Assembly (NCBI GenBank): GCA_051006515.1
Contig: JBPCTD010000082.1
Location: forward strand, 502-64,501
Direction of reading: 5' to 3'
From: Candidatus Nanopelagicaceae bacterium
Lineage (GTDB): Bacteria; Actinomycetota; Actinomycetes; Nanopelagicales; Nanopelagicaceae
DNA length: 64,000 nt
The translations under genes and the position numbers were made by a program. Below, in pieces: positions 17,417-26,363 of the stretch (its first letter is position 1; every line of letters begins with the position of its first letter). The notes below the pieces were generated by a model. That model was given only the letters and a program-made list of their open reading frames with translations, searched no databases and was not told where the DNA came from.

Positions 17417-18409
17417 ATGACAACTGTTAAGACTCCACATGATTTACTCGCTGCGGTGCCATTTCTAATTGGCTACCATCCAACCGATTCTTTGGTGCTA
17501 ATTTCTGTTAAAAACGATACTTTAGAGATGGCGATGCGAATTGATTTCCCAATCAACCCGCTTGAAGGTACTTATCAACTTTTGGCTTCACATTTGAAAC
17601 GTGATCACGCAGAGGCAGCGTTGGTGGTGGCTTATGAACCTTCTGACTCTAAGCTCGGCGAAGAAGTTCTTAAAAATATGGCAGATGCAATCGCGGCAAT
17701 TGAGATTCCGATTCGCGAATTGATGTTGGTTAGAAATAATCGCTGGCGCTCTCTGCTCTGCAATGATCCAACATGCTGCCCAACAGATGGCACACAAATT
17801 GGCGATTTTCAAAATAGCCGAATCGCCGCAGAACAAGTAGCAACCGGCAAGTTATTACCTTATGCCGACTCTGAAGGCTTGAGCCATTCAATATCTGCTG
17901 CGCAATTAGCTAAAGATTTAAATTGGAATGCACAGGTAATCGCATTTCGCATAGATCCAGAAGACTCCGAATTAAATGCAAAACAGCGCGATGGCGCTGA
18001 GTCACTGCTGTTACTTGCAGATTTCTATATTCAAAATGGCAACTGCAAAGATTTTGATTTGATTGCCCGAGTTTTAGGGCGGTTATCGGATATCCAAGTT
18101 AGAGATTATGCACTTGGCTGCCATACTCAAGAAAGCCTTACCGCTTATTGGACTATGTGGCGAGATTTGCTTCGTATCGCTCCACCAAAGTTTGTTGCGC
18201 CAGTTGCATCATTGTTTGCCGCTATTTCCTATGAGAATGGCGATGGCGCACTTGCTCACAGAGCACTTGATCGCGCCATTGAAGATGATCCAGAGTATTC
18301 ATTATCTAGATTGCTCCGCCGGGTCTTTAGTAGTGGCTGGCCACCATCAGGATTTGCACAATTGCGCAGCGAACTTCATCCCCGTGTAACTCAAACGATA
18401 TTTGGCTAA
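17417..18409 (+). CDS. DUF4192-family protein (conserved actinobacterial, function unknown)
   Basis: The N-terminus DLLAAVPFLIGYHPTDSLVL is characteristic of DUF4192. A Cys cluster CNDPTCCP is present. ATG at 17417, with an alternative TTG at 17390. Confidence 0.65.
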   Translation: MTTVKTPHDLLAAVPFLIGYHPTDSLVLISVKNDTLEMAMRIDFPINPLEGTYQLLASHLKRDHAEAALVVAYEPSDSKLGEEVLKNMADAIAAIEIPIRELMLVRNNRWRSLLCNDPTCCPTDGTQIGDFQNSRIAAEQVATGKLLPYADSEGLSHSISAAQLAKDLNWNAQVIAFRIDPEDSELNAKQRDGAESLLLLADFYIQNGNCKDFDLIARVLGRLSDIQVRDYALGCHTQESLTAYWTMWRDLLRIAPPKFVAPVASLFAAISYENGDGALAHRALDRAIEDDPEYSLSRLLRRVFSSGWPPSGFAQLRSELHPRVTQTIFG

Positions 18410-18509
18410 GTGTTAAATTGCTGGCAGCTGCGAGCCTTTTGCATATGGCTTAATCGTTTTTCAATTGCTAACCTTCGCGGGTACTTGACCTCCCGAAAGG
18501 CCTCAAACA

Positions 18510-19349
18510 ATGAGATTTAAAGCGCTCTACAAATTTTTACCATTATTTCTAATTGCAACATTGCTAACTGCATGCGGTTCTTCATCTGATTCTGCAGCAA
18601 GTTCTTGCGAACCAGGAAAGTTAGCAACTGTCACTGATGGCGTATTAACAATTGCAACCGGTGAACCTGCTTACTATCCATGGGTTATCGACGATAAGCC
18701 AGAGTCAGGACAAGGTTTCGAAGCAGCAGTTGCGCTAGCAGTTGCTAAGGAACTTGGATACGAAGGCGATAAGGTCAAATGGGTTCGCACCACATTTGAT
18801 TCTGCAATCACACCTGGTGATAAGAACTTCGATTTCAATTTACAACAATTCTCAATCACTGAAGATCGCAAGAAGGCAGTCGACTTCTCTGATCCTTATT
18901 ACAAGTCAACACAAGTTATCGTCTCATTTAAGGGAAGCAAGATCGCATCCGCAAAGAGCATTGCTGATTTAGCTGGTGCCAAGTTAGGCGCAGCGGTAGC
19001 AACTACTTCGCTAGATGTCATTGAGAAGAACTTGAATTTGAAGGCACAAGTCTTCAATGACAATGCTGCAGGTGTTACTGCGCTAAAGAATAAGCAGATT
19101 GATGGTCTTGTAGTTGACCTTCCAACTGGCTTCTACCTATCAGCAGTTGAAGTTCCAAATGGTCTAATCGTCGGCCAAATCGCAGGAAGCGATGAAGCAG
19201 ATGCTGGCTTTGGATTACTGCTAAAGAAAGATAGCCCGATTACTGGCTGTGTAAATACAGCAGTGAAGGCAATTACCGATAGCGGAACGCTAAAGGCAAT
19301 TACCGACCAATGGTTAGGCGCAACTGCGGGAGCACCTGTTCTCTCATAA
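18510..19349 (+). CDS. amino-acid ABC transporter substrate-binding lipoprotein (SBP family 3)
   Basis: Lipobox LLTAC and an SBP_bac_3-like body (FDFNLQQFSIT..R...VDFSDPYY). Confidence 0.8.
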   Translation: MRFKALYKFLPLFLIATLLTACGSSSDSAASSCEPGKLATVTDGVLTIATGEPAYYPWVIDDKPESGQGFEAAVALAVAKELGYEGDKVKWVRTTFDSAITPGDKNFDFNLQQFSITEDRKKAVDFSDPYYKSTQVIVSFKGSKIASAKSIADLAGAKLGAAVATTSLDVIEKNLNLKAQVFNDNAAGVTALKNKQIDGLVVDLPTGFYLSAVEVPNGLIVGQIAGSDEADAGFGLLLKKDSPITGCVNTAVKAITDSGTLKAITDQWLGATAGAPVLS

Positions 19350-19380
19350 CGTTCACCTAAGATAGCCATATGTTTAGTAG

Positions 19381-19410
19381 GAAGAGGCGTCCAGTAATGG
19401 GCGCCTCTTC
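19381..19410 (+). other. 9-bp-stem hairpin between the SBP and permease genes
   Basis: gaagaggcg-N12-cgcctcttc. The permease ATG at 19397 lies in the loop. Confidence 0.5.
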
Positions 19411-20269
19411 TGCTTTTTCATCAAATTGGCAACCAAGTCAAATTGAATTAAATCGCCAGTTACAACGAGCGAGCCGTGATTCAAAGAATAAATGGATTGC
19501 TGCGCTTTCGAGTCTTTTTGTATTTTTAATAATTGCAGCGGTAGTTGTTCTGGCCCCGGGCTTTAAAACTCTTCGAAATACTTTCTTCGATTGGGCGTAT
19601 GGGGTAGAGGTACTACCTAAAGTGATTTTGGGATTTACTACCAATATCTTTCTAACAATCATCGCATCAACTTTGGTTGGTTTTATCGCACTTTCAATAG
19701 CGCTAATTAGAACTTCACGTTCTCCAGCACTAGCACCCATACGGTTTTTAGCCACAGCATATGTAGATGTATTTAGATCAATCCCTTTGATTTTGGTGAT
19801 TTTATTGGTGGGCTTTGGTTTGCCAGCGTTGCAGTTAAAAGGCATAACTTCCAATGTTTTGATTCTTGGAACGATTGCAGTAGTAATTACTTACTCTGCA
19901 TACGTCGCAGAAGTAATCAGAAGCGGCATTTTGAGCGTGCATCCATCACAGAAAGCTGCAGCCCGAACTTTGGGGCTAAACAATTGGCAGACCATGCGTC
20001 ACGTGGTTTTGCCGCAAGCGCTACGTCGAGTAACGCCACCCTTACTTAACGATTTGGTAGCGCTAATCAAAGACACAGGTCTAGTTTCAATATTAGGCGT
20101 GACTGATGCGGTGCGAGCTGCGCAGATTGAAACCTCTAGAACTTTTAACTATACCCCTTACATTACGGCGGCAGTTCTCTTCTTATGTATCACTATTCCG
20201 CTTACAAGATTTACCGATCGCACTTTGCGTAAGAGCATGAGCGCGCAGAATGCGGAAGGGGCGGCGTAA
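19397..20269 (+). CDS. amino-acid ABC transporter permease (His/Glu/Gln/Arg/opine family)
   Basis: Multi-TM protein with an EAA-like loop (AARTLGLNNWQTMRHVVLPQA). The start is ambiguous between 19370 and 19397. Confidence 0.8.
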   Translation: MGASSAFSSNWQPSQIELNRQLQRASRDSKNKWIAALSSLFVFLIIAAVVVLAPGFKTLRNTFFDWAYGVEVLPKVILGFTTNIFLTIIASTLVGFIALSIALIRTSRSPALAPIRFLATAYVDVFRSIPLILVILLVGFGLPALQLKGITSNVLILGTIAVVITYSAYVAEVIRSGILSVHPSQKAAARTLGLNNWQTMRHVVLPQALRRVTPPLLNDLVALIKDTGLVSILGVTDAVRAAQIETSRTFNYTPYITAAVLFLCITIPLTRFTDRTLRKSMSAQNAEGAA

Positions 20270-21009
20270 TGAGCCTCTTGAAAGTAGAGAATCTCCGTAA
20301 AAGTTTTGATCAATTAGTAGTCCTGGATGAAGTTAGTTTTGAAGTACCTGATCATTCAGTCACCACATTTATCGGATCGTCTGGCAGTGGAAAATCAACT
20401 CTGTTACGAGCTATTAATTTGCTAGAAGTAATCGATGATGGTCAAATTTTCTTTGATGGCGAAGATATCTCAGCCGTGAATACCAATCCTGATTTAGTGC
20501 GAAAGAAATTAGGTATGGTCTTTCAATCATTCAATCTTTTTCCGCACAAAACGGTTCTTGAGAATATTACGTTAGCTCCTGTGTTGGTCCATGGGTTATC
20601 TAAAGATCAAGCAATTACTGAAGCACAAGCTTTGCTAAAGCGCTTCGGGCTTAGCGATAAAGAAGAACAATATCCCGATCGCTTATCAGGGGGACAGCAG
20701 CAACGTGTGGCGATTATTCGCGCAATGTCAGTTAAGCCAAAGCTTTTATTACTAGATGAAATTACTTCAGCGCTAGATCCAGTTTTAGTTAATGAAGTTC
20801 TAGAAACTGTTCGCGAATTAAAGAGCGAAGGCGTGGCGATCGTTATGGCCACTCATGAGATGGGTTTTGCCAAGCAAATCGCTGATCAAGTCTGTTTCTT
20901 ACATCAAGGAAAAATCTACGAACGCGGAACGTCAGACCTGCTATCGAACCCAGTGAAAACCGAAACTAAAGATTTCTTACATAGAGTGCAGCAAGCCGGG
21001 CGCCTTTAA
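20269..21009 (+). CDS. amino-acid ABC transporter ATP-binding protein
   Basis: Walker A GSSGSGKST, signature LSGGQQQRV and Walker B LLLDE. ATGA-type overlap with the permease gene. Confidence 0.9.
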   Translation: MSLLKVENLRKSFDQLVVLDEVSFEVPDHSVTTFIGSSGSGKSTLLRAINLLEVIDDGQIFFDGEDISAVNTNPDLVRKKLGMVFQSFNLFPHKTVLENITLAPVLVHGLSKDQAITEAQALLKRFGLSDKEEQYPDRLSGGQQQRVAIIRAMSVKPKLLLLDEITSALDPVLVNEVLETVRELKSEGVAIVMATHEMGFAKQIADQVCFLHQGKIYERGTSDLLSNPVKTETKDFLHRVQQAGRL

Positions 21010-21066
21010 ATCGCTTCTTTTCTGCAGATTCTCATTTAATTAATTCTGTAATAAACTTCAGCTCAC

Positions 21067-21146
21067 GGTCACGAGCTCCAATGTTTAGCCCCGGCTAATT
21101 GGACGGCAACCCTCCAGACTCGGGTGGGGTGCTCCGGGTGACGACC
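21067..21146 (+). ncRNA. SAM-IV riboswitch aptamer
   Basis: GGUCACGAGC...GCCCCGGC...GGCAACCCUCC...CGGGUGGGGUGCUCCGGGUGACGACC matches my recollection of the actinobacterial SAM-IV consensus. It lies 60 nt upstream of metX. Confidence 0.75.
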
Positions 21147-21206
21147 AGATCGTTAATTACATTTGTAGTTGGCGATAAGCTAAAAAATTAGCGCGAGGAG
21201 TTTTAA

Positions 21207-22301
21207 TTGCCTATTGCCAATGTAACTGGCGCCTGGTTAGCAGGCGAAGATCCAGGTGCGCGCAAATTCATTAAAGTTGGCGATATCACCATTGAATCTG
21301 GTGAGGTAATTCCTGATGTCACTATTGCCTATCAAAGTTACGGCAATTTAAATGAGCGCAAAGATAATGCAATTTTAGTTAATCATGCTTGGACCGGTTG
21401 GTCTGATGTAGAAGCTTGGTGGCCAAATATGGTCGGCCCTGGAAAGCCATTAGATACCAATAAATATTTCATTGTCTGTCCAAACGTTCTGGGCGGTTGC
21501 CAAGGTTCTACTGGCCCTGCATCTATCTCAAACGATGGCAAGTTCTATGGCTCAAGATTTCCTTCGTTAACTATTCGCGACATGGTGACGGCCGAAGTGG
21601 CATTTACCAATGCTTTAGGAATTAATAAATATGTTCTTGCATGTGGCCCATCACTTGGTGGAATGCGTTCGCTGGAGTGGGCGGTGCAATTTCCAGAACG
21701 TATCGGTGGCATCTGCACAATTGGCAGCTCTGCGGTAGCAACGGGGGATCAGATTGGAACGGTTTACACTCAAGTTCACGCGATTAAAGCTGATCCTAAT
21801 TTCAATAATGGTGATTACTATTATCAAGATTCTGGCCCAAATACCGGAATGGGAATTGCGCGTCGAATTGCACATTTAACTTTCCGAACTGAAATTGAGA
21901 TGGATATGAGATTCGGCCGCGAACTCCAAGGCGATGAGACAGGTAGATATGCAGTTGAGTCATACCTTGACCATCAAGCAGATAAGTTGGCAGCAAGATT
22001 TGATGCCAATACCTACATAATTTTGGGCGAGGCCATGAATAGCCATGACATTGGCCGCGATCGCGGTGGCGTAGCAACCGCTCTGTCGACTATTAAAGTG
22101 CCAGTAATGGTGGTTTCGATCGATACTGACCGCCTCTTTCCGCCACGTTTACAGCACGAGCTCGCTGAACTTACCCCTGGCTCCAAAATGGAAATCCTGA
22201 GTTCGCCATTTGGCCACGATGGGTTCTTAGTTGAATCCGATGCGATGGGGGAATTGCTTCGCCACGCCCTTGAACATGCCGAAGGGGTTCATAGGCATTA
22301 G
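21207..22301 (+). CDS. metX: homoserine O-acetyltransferase
   Basis: MetX family alpha/beta hydrolase (GGCQGSTGP, nucleophile GPSLGGM). TTG start preceded by GAGGAG. Confidence 0.88.
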   Translation: MPIANVTGAWLAGEDPGARKFIKVGDITIESGEVIPDVTIAYQSYGNLNERKDNAILVNHAWTGWSDVEAWWPNMVGPGKPLDTNKYFIVCPNVLGGCQGSTGPASISNDGKFYGSRFPSLTIRDMVTAEVAFTNALGINKYVLACGPSLGGMRSLEWAVQFPERIGGICTIGSSAVATGDQIGTVYTQVHAIKADPNFNNGDYYYQDSGPNTGMGIARRIAHLTFRTEIEMDMRFGRELQGDETGRYAVESYLDHQADKLAARFDANTYIILGEAMNSHDIGRDRGGVATALSTIKVPVMVVSIDTDRLFPPRLQHELAELTPGSKMEILSSPFGHDGFLVESDAMGELLRHALEHAEGVHRH

Positions 22302-22496
22302 TTAAGCAAGCGATACAAAGTGAACAGCGCAAAAGCTCTGCAAGGCCTTTTGCGAGTTCATCTTTACGGAGCGTGTTTTTGGGAAAACCTGAGAGCTCCC
22401 GATACAATTACGCAATCGCAATCGCTCGCTGGCGACACCCCTAATCACAGCGAATGATCTGCAACTAGTTAGTCAAAAATCAACCAGAGGACAATT

Positions 22497-24428
22497 GTGG
22501 CTGTAGCTCGCGCGCCTAAAAATAAAGGCAAGGTAGTTAAAGTAGCTAAGAAGGCTGCCAAAAAAACTCCAGTAAAGACTGTGGCAAAGAAAGCGCCTGT
22601 CAAAAAGGTCGCCAAAAAGGTTGCCAAAAAAGTTGCCAAGAAAGTTGCCAAGAAAGTTGCCAAGAAGGTCGAACCAAAAGTTCTACTTAAGAAAGAGTTA
22701 ACTGCCAGCGATGTAAAGCAGATTCTTGATGCCCGTGATTTAGTTGAACGACAGAAGGTTGTTTTAGCGGAACTTGAAAAGCGCGGTGTTAAATCGATCC
22801 ACCGAATCCCAAAGAAGGCAGATAAAGATTTAGTCGAAGAGGCGAAGGCGCTAGAAGTTAGCGTGCCAAAGGTAACTGAGAAGTTAAAGAAAGCCGGTCT
22901 TGGTTCGCCTTATCGTATGCTTAAGAATTCAGAGAAAGCGCTCGTTGCACCAAAGCCAGAACCAGTAGCTTCTGCAACTTCAACTGAAACTAAGCAACCA
23001 AAGACCGTCATTATCGATGGTGAAGAAGTTGAATTAGTTGAAGAAGAAGAGCTTGATCTAAATATAGATAATATCGAAGAAGCCAAAGAGGAAGACAAGA
23101 CTGAAACTCGCGTTATCAATTTAGCCGATGAAGAAGGCGTTGATGACGGCGAAGGAACTTTCGTGCTTCGCGATTCTGATGAAGAAAAAGAAGAAGAGCA
23201 GGGACGTTCAGAGCGTGCCAAACTTCGCGGTCGCTTAGCTGCAGTTAATTTATTAAATGAAGCGATTCGCGCCAAAGAGAATGATCCTTCAAAAACTGCG
23301 CACAAAGCTGATTCTCGTCCGCTAACTGCAAAGCAGCTTGAGCTGATGATTACCAGCGTTGATTTAACTGAACGCGGCGCTAAGGCGTTGATTGACTCAA
23401 TTAATGCCACCCCACTAAAAGAATTTAAGGATGCGCACAAGATTGTCGAAGAGACGATGCGCAGTATCAAGATTGAAATGTCACAGTTACCACCAGAGCA
23501 GACAGTTCTTACTGCGGGTGCAACAGCTGACCCAGTGAAGGACTACCTTAAGCAGATCGGCCGTGTTGCCCTGCTTAACGCAGAGCTTGAAGTTGAGCTT
23601 GCCACTCGCGTCGAAGCTGGTCTTTTTGCAGAAGAGAAATTAGCAACCGAAAAGAAGCTAGATAAGAAATTAAAGCGCGAACTTGAGTGGATTGCCGAAG
23701 ATGGACGCCGCGCTAAGAACCACCTACTTGAAGCAAACCTTCGTTTGGTGGTTTCACTTGCAAAGCGTTACACCGGTCGCGGAATGTTGTTCTTGGATCT
23801 TATTCAAGAAGGAAACCTTGGTTTGATCCGTGCAGTTGAAAAGTTCGATTACACCAAGGGTTACAAGTTCTCTACCTATGCAACTTGGTGGATTCGTCAG
23901 GCAATTACTCGCGCGATGGCAGATCAAGCGCGCACCATCCGTATTCCAGTACACATGGTTGAAGTCATTAACAAACTTGCACGTGTACAGCGACAAATGT
24001 TGCAAGATCTTGGCCGCGAACCGACCCCAGAAGAGTTGGCTAAAGAACTTGATATGACCCCAGAGAAGGTTGTGGAAGTTCAGAAATATGGCCGCGAACC
24101 AATTTCGTTGCACACTCCGCTTGGTGAAGAGGGCGATTCTGAATTCGGTGATTTGATCGAAGATTCTGAAGCAATCGTTCCTGCAGATGCAGTTGGCTTT
24201 ACTTTGCTGCAAGAAGAGCTCCATAAAGTTATGGATACCTTGTCAGAGCGTGAAGCTGGAGTAGTAGCGATGCGCTTTGGTTTAACCGATGGTCAGCCAA
24301 AGACTCTTGATGAAATTGGCAAGGTTTACGGCGTAACTCGCGAACGTATCCGTCAGATTGAATCTAAGACGATGTCAAAGCTTCGCCACCCATCACGAAG
24401 CCAAGTACTGCGCGATTACTTAGATTAA
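22497..24428 (+). CDS. sigA: principal RNA polymerase sigma factor (HrdB/SigA/RpoD type)
   Basis: Regions 1.2 to 4.2 are present ([63 protein letters not shown]). A Lys/Ala-rich N-terminus is followed by an acidic spacer. GTG start. Confidence 0.93.
   Translation: MAVARAPKNKGKVVKVAKKAAKKTPVKTVAKKAPVKKVAKKVAKKVAKKVAKKVAKKVEPKVLLKKELTASDVKQILDARDLVERQKVVLAELEKRGVKSIHRIPKKADKDLVEEAKALEVSVPKVTEKLKKAGLGSPYRMLKNSEKALVAPKPEPVASATSTETKQPKTVIIDGEEVELVEEEELDLNIDNIEEAKEEDKTETRVINLADEEGVDDGEGTFVLRDSDEEKEEEQGRSERAKLRGRLAAVNLLNEAIRAKENDPSKTAHKADSRPLTAKQLELMITSVDLTERGAKALIDSINATPLKEFKDAHKIVEETMRSIKIEMSQLPPEQTVLTAGATADPVKDYLKQIGRVALLNAELEVELATRVEAGLFAEEKLATEKKLDKKLKRELEWIAEDGRRAKNHLLEANLRLVVSLAKRYTGRGMLFLDLIQEGNLGLIRAVEKFDYTKGYKFSTYATWWIRQAITRAMADQARTIRIPVHMVEVINKLARVQRQMLQDLGREPTPEELAKELDMTPEKVVEVQKYGREPISLHTPLGEEGDSEFGDLIEDSEAIVPADAVGFTLLQEELHKVMDTLSEREAGVVAMRFGLTDGQPKTLDEIGKVYGVTRERIRQIESKTMSKLRHPSRSQVLRDYLD
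22608..22667 (+). repeat. 5 x 12-bp near-perfect tandem repeat encoding (VAKK)5 inside sigA
   Basis: gtcgccaaaaag gttgccaaaaaa gttgccaagaaa gttgccaagaaa gttgccaagaag. Confidence 0.9.
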
Positions 24429-24446
24429 TTTACCTAGATCAAAAGT

Positions 24447-24475
24447 GAAAAAACCGCCGAAAGGCGGTTTTTTTT
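24447..24475. terminator. bidirectional rho-independent terminator between sigA and the convergent TetR gene
   Basis: A-run, ccgcc-gaaa-ggcgg, then T-run. The TetR stop codon lies within the T-run. Confidence 0.8.
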
Positions 24476-25085
24476 ATTTCGCCATAAAGGTTTCTTCGAC
24501 GATATTCATAATGAAGTCAACCCATTGCTTTTCATTAACCCCTGAAGGGTTATAGTCATTAACTAATTTTCCTAAGGTGTATGCCTGTATGAAAGTAGCC
24601 AATGCTTTTCCATCGACATCTGGTTTAAAGAGCCCTTTGTTCTTTACCTCTTCGGTTACATCTGCAATTGAGTCAGTCAATCTTTCAGTTTCAGTTCCCA
24701 TTTGCTTTGCCATGCGAGGATTTTCAAAGCATGCAGCCAAAGCTCTCGCGCGCTCAGCACGTGCACTTTTACGTTCGTCTGTCTGGGTAAATTCGGTTAA
24801 CTTGCGTAGAGCTTCACGGAGTTCATCTTTACTACGTGCCGTGGCTACATTTGTTGTTAAGTATTCAATTGATGCATCTATCCATTTGGAGTATCTGTAG
24901 ACCTGGGCTGTTTCTACCAACTCCTGAAGATCCTCAAAGTGGTGATACATAGAGCCTTTTGAGACTCCAGAAACATCTAAAACTTCTTCAGCAAGGACTT
25001 CGGATGGCGCTTTGCTGTCCAGCATTTTGACGACTGTCTCCACAAGAAGTCGTTTGGTGGGGTGGAAGCTGGTGAACACCTTCAA
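24474..25085 (-). CDS. TetR/AcrR-family transcriptional regulator
   Basis: N-terminal HTH (VLDVSGVSKGSMYHHFEDLQEL) and a helical C-terminal ligand domain. Confidence 0.8.
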   Translation of the reverse strand: MKVFTSFHPTKRLLVETVVKMLDSKAPSEVLAEEVLDVSGVSKGSMYHHFEDLQELVETAQVYRYSKWIDASIEYLTTNVATARSKDELREALRKLTEFTQTDERKSARAERARALAACFENPRMAKQMGTETERLTDSIADVTEEVKNKGLFKPDVDGKALATFIQAYTLGKLVNDYNPSGVNEKQWVDFIMNIVEETFMAK

Positions 25086-25149
25086 AAGATACTTGAAGAC
25101 TTCTTTTTCGCGGAACTAGCCAGAATGGTTATTTCGGTAATCTACGCGG

Positions 25150-26070
25150 GTGAGCGAAAACGGATCAAGCCAAATCTTCCAAAATCCAAAGAGTGGTTCA
25201 ATTAAAATCACAGGTAACTTTGATGTAGTTGACCATGAAGGCAAGGTCATAAAGAGCGTAAGCGATCCAAAGCTCTGTGGTTGCGGCCTATCGCAAGATA
25301 AACCTTTCTGCGATAAGTCACATGCCAATTATGTAGCGATCGTTACTCAAGCGCTCGAAAGCGCCAAAGCGCAAGCAAAAGCCATTAAGCCAATGGGAGT
25401 CTGGCGCACCAGGGCAAATGAAATCCGCCAAAAACTTTTCGATAATCGCATCGCAAGTGGGGAGCATTTAGTTGGAGCAAAGTTTGGTGGCGCACTTTTA
25501 AAGAGCGATTCTGAAGAGAAAACTTACGAAGGTATTTTCGGGTTTTTAACTGATGCTATGCAGGTATCTAACAAGCTTAATTTAGCCGAATATATTTACC
25601 CTATTGTTGAGGCTGAAGTAGTCTTTAAATTAGACAAAGATTTAACTTCAGAAATCACTTTGAATGAAGTAGAAAATTATGTAAGCCACTTAGCTGCAGG
25701 CATAGAGATTTTTGATTGCCGTTACGGAGCCATCGATCCCTTTATTGATGATGCCATCGCAGATAATGCTTGTGGCGCAGGATTTGCAGTTGGACCGTGG
25801 GTAGATGCGCGAGGAGTAGATCTATTAAGCGCTCAAATAAGTATTTTTGAAAAACAAGAGTTAAACCAGAAAGTGCCAGCTACAAATATTGCAGGTAACC
25901 CATGGCAAGCGGTAGTGAATCTTTCAAAGAAGTTAGCGGAAGTTGGCGCAAAACTTCCCGCAGGATCCATTATTTTTAGCGGATCTGCTACAACTGGCAT
26001 TCCAATGAAGACAGGTCAATACAAAGTATCGATAACTGGATTGGGTGAAGTTGAGTTTCTAGTTAATTAA
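25150..26070 (+). CDS. fusion protein: N-terminal CDGSH-type iron-sulfur domain plus 2-keto-4-pentenoate hydratase/MhpD-like (FAH-superfamily) domain
   Basis: CGCGLSQDKPFCDKSH fits C-x-C-x2-S-x3-P-x-C-D-x-S-H. The C-terminal part aligns by eye to E. coli MhpD blocks (PIVEAEVVFKLDKDL, ADNACGAGFAVG, GNPWQAVVNL...PAGSIIFSGS). GTG start. Confidence 0.7.
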   Translation: MSENGSSQIFQNPKSGSIKITGNFDVVDHEGKVIKSVSDPKLCGCGLSQDKPFCDKSHANYVAIVTQALESAKAQAKAIKPMGVWRTRANEIRQKLFDNRIASGEHLVGAKFGGALLKSDSEEKTYEGIFGFLTDAMQVSNKLNLAEYIYPIVEAEVVFKLDKDLTSEITLNEVENYVSHLAAGIEIFDCRYGAIDPFIDDAIADNACGAGFAVGPWVDARGVDLLSAQISIFEKQELNQKVPATNIAGNPWQAVVNLSKKLAEVGAKLPAGSIIFSGSATTGIPMKTGQYKVSITGLGEVEFLVN

Positions 26071-26266
26071 TTTTAGAAGTTTCGTCCTGAATCTTTGCAG
26101 ATACGGTCTTTAACTTCTCGGCATACTCTTTGGCGTGGTGCCCACAGAAAAGTAGTTCGCCACCATTTAGGAGAGTGGCACGTACGTATGCCTGTGCGCC
26201 GCAACGATCGCAACGATCGACAGCGCGTAATGGTGTCTGTTCGAGCAGTACCTGATCTGTCATCAT
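26063..26266 (-). CDS. small conserved actinobacterial Cys/His protein (Rv2708c/DUF7455-like)
   Basis: 67 aa with CDRCGAQAYV...LLFCGHH. Sits between the sigma-factor region and the topo IV B gene, as I recall for other actinobacteria. Confidence 0.6.
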   Translation of the reverse strand: MMTDQVLLEQTPLRAVDRCDRCGAQAYVRATLLNGGELLFCGHHAKEYAEKLKTVSAKIQDETSKIN

Positions 26267-26363
26267 CTTTCCTCTCCGTGGAACTTACCTTGGGAACAAT
26301 GAAAGCATAAGTTTTATTTCCGCGCATGAAAATATCGAAAAATTTATGGGTTAAATCACCAAA

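Noticed and set aside
19438-19854. 138-aa minus-strand ORF inside the amino-acid ABC permease gene
   Set aside because: It is a shadow ORF. The + strand frame encodes a typical permease with an EAA loop.
22328-22352. Hairpin gcaaaag-N11-cttttgc after metX as a terminator
   Set aside because: It has only a 7-bp AT-rich stem, a large loop and no following T-tract, which is too weak to call.
22608-22667. Short regularly spaced repeats that could superficially suggest a CRISPR-like array
   Set aside because: The units are 12 bp, directly tandem with no spacers, in frame inside sigA, and encode VAKK. No cas genes are present.
22910-23470. 186-aa minus-strand ORF antisense to sigA
   Set aside because: It lies entirely inside the well-supported sigma-factor gene. 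Its low-complexity Ser/Phe-rich translation is what the reverse complement of a GAA/GAG/AAG-rich acidic spacer produces, and it has no RBS or independent motif.
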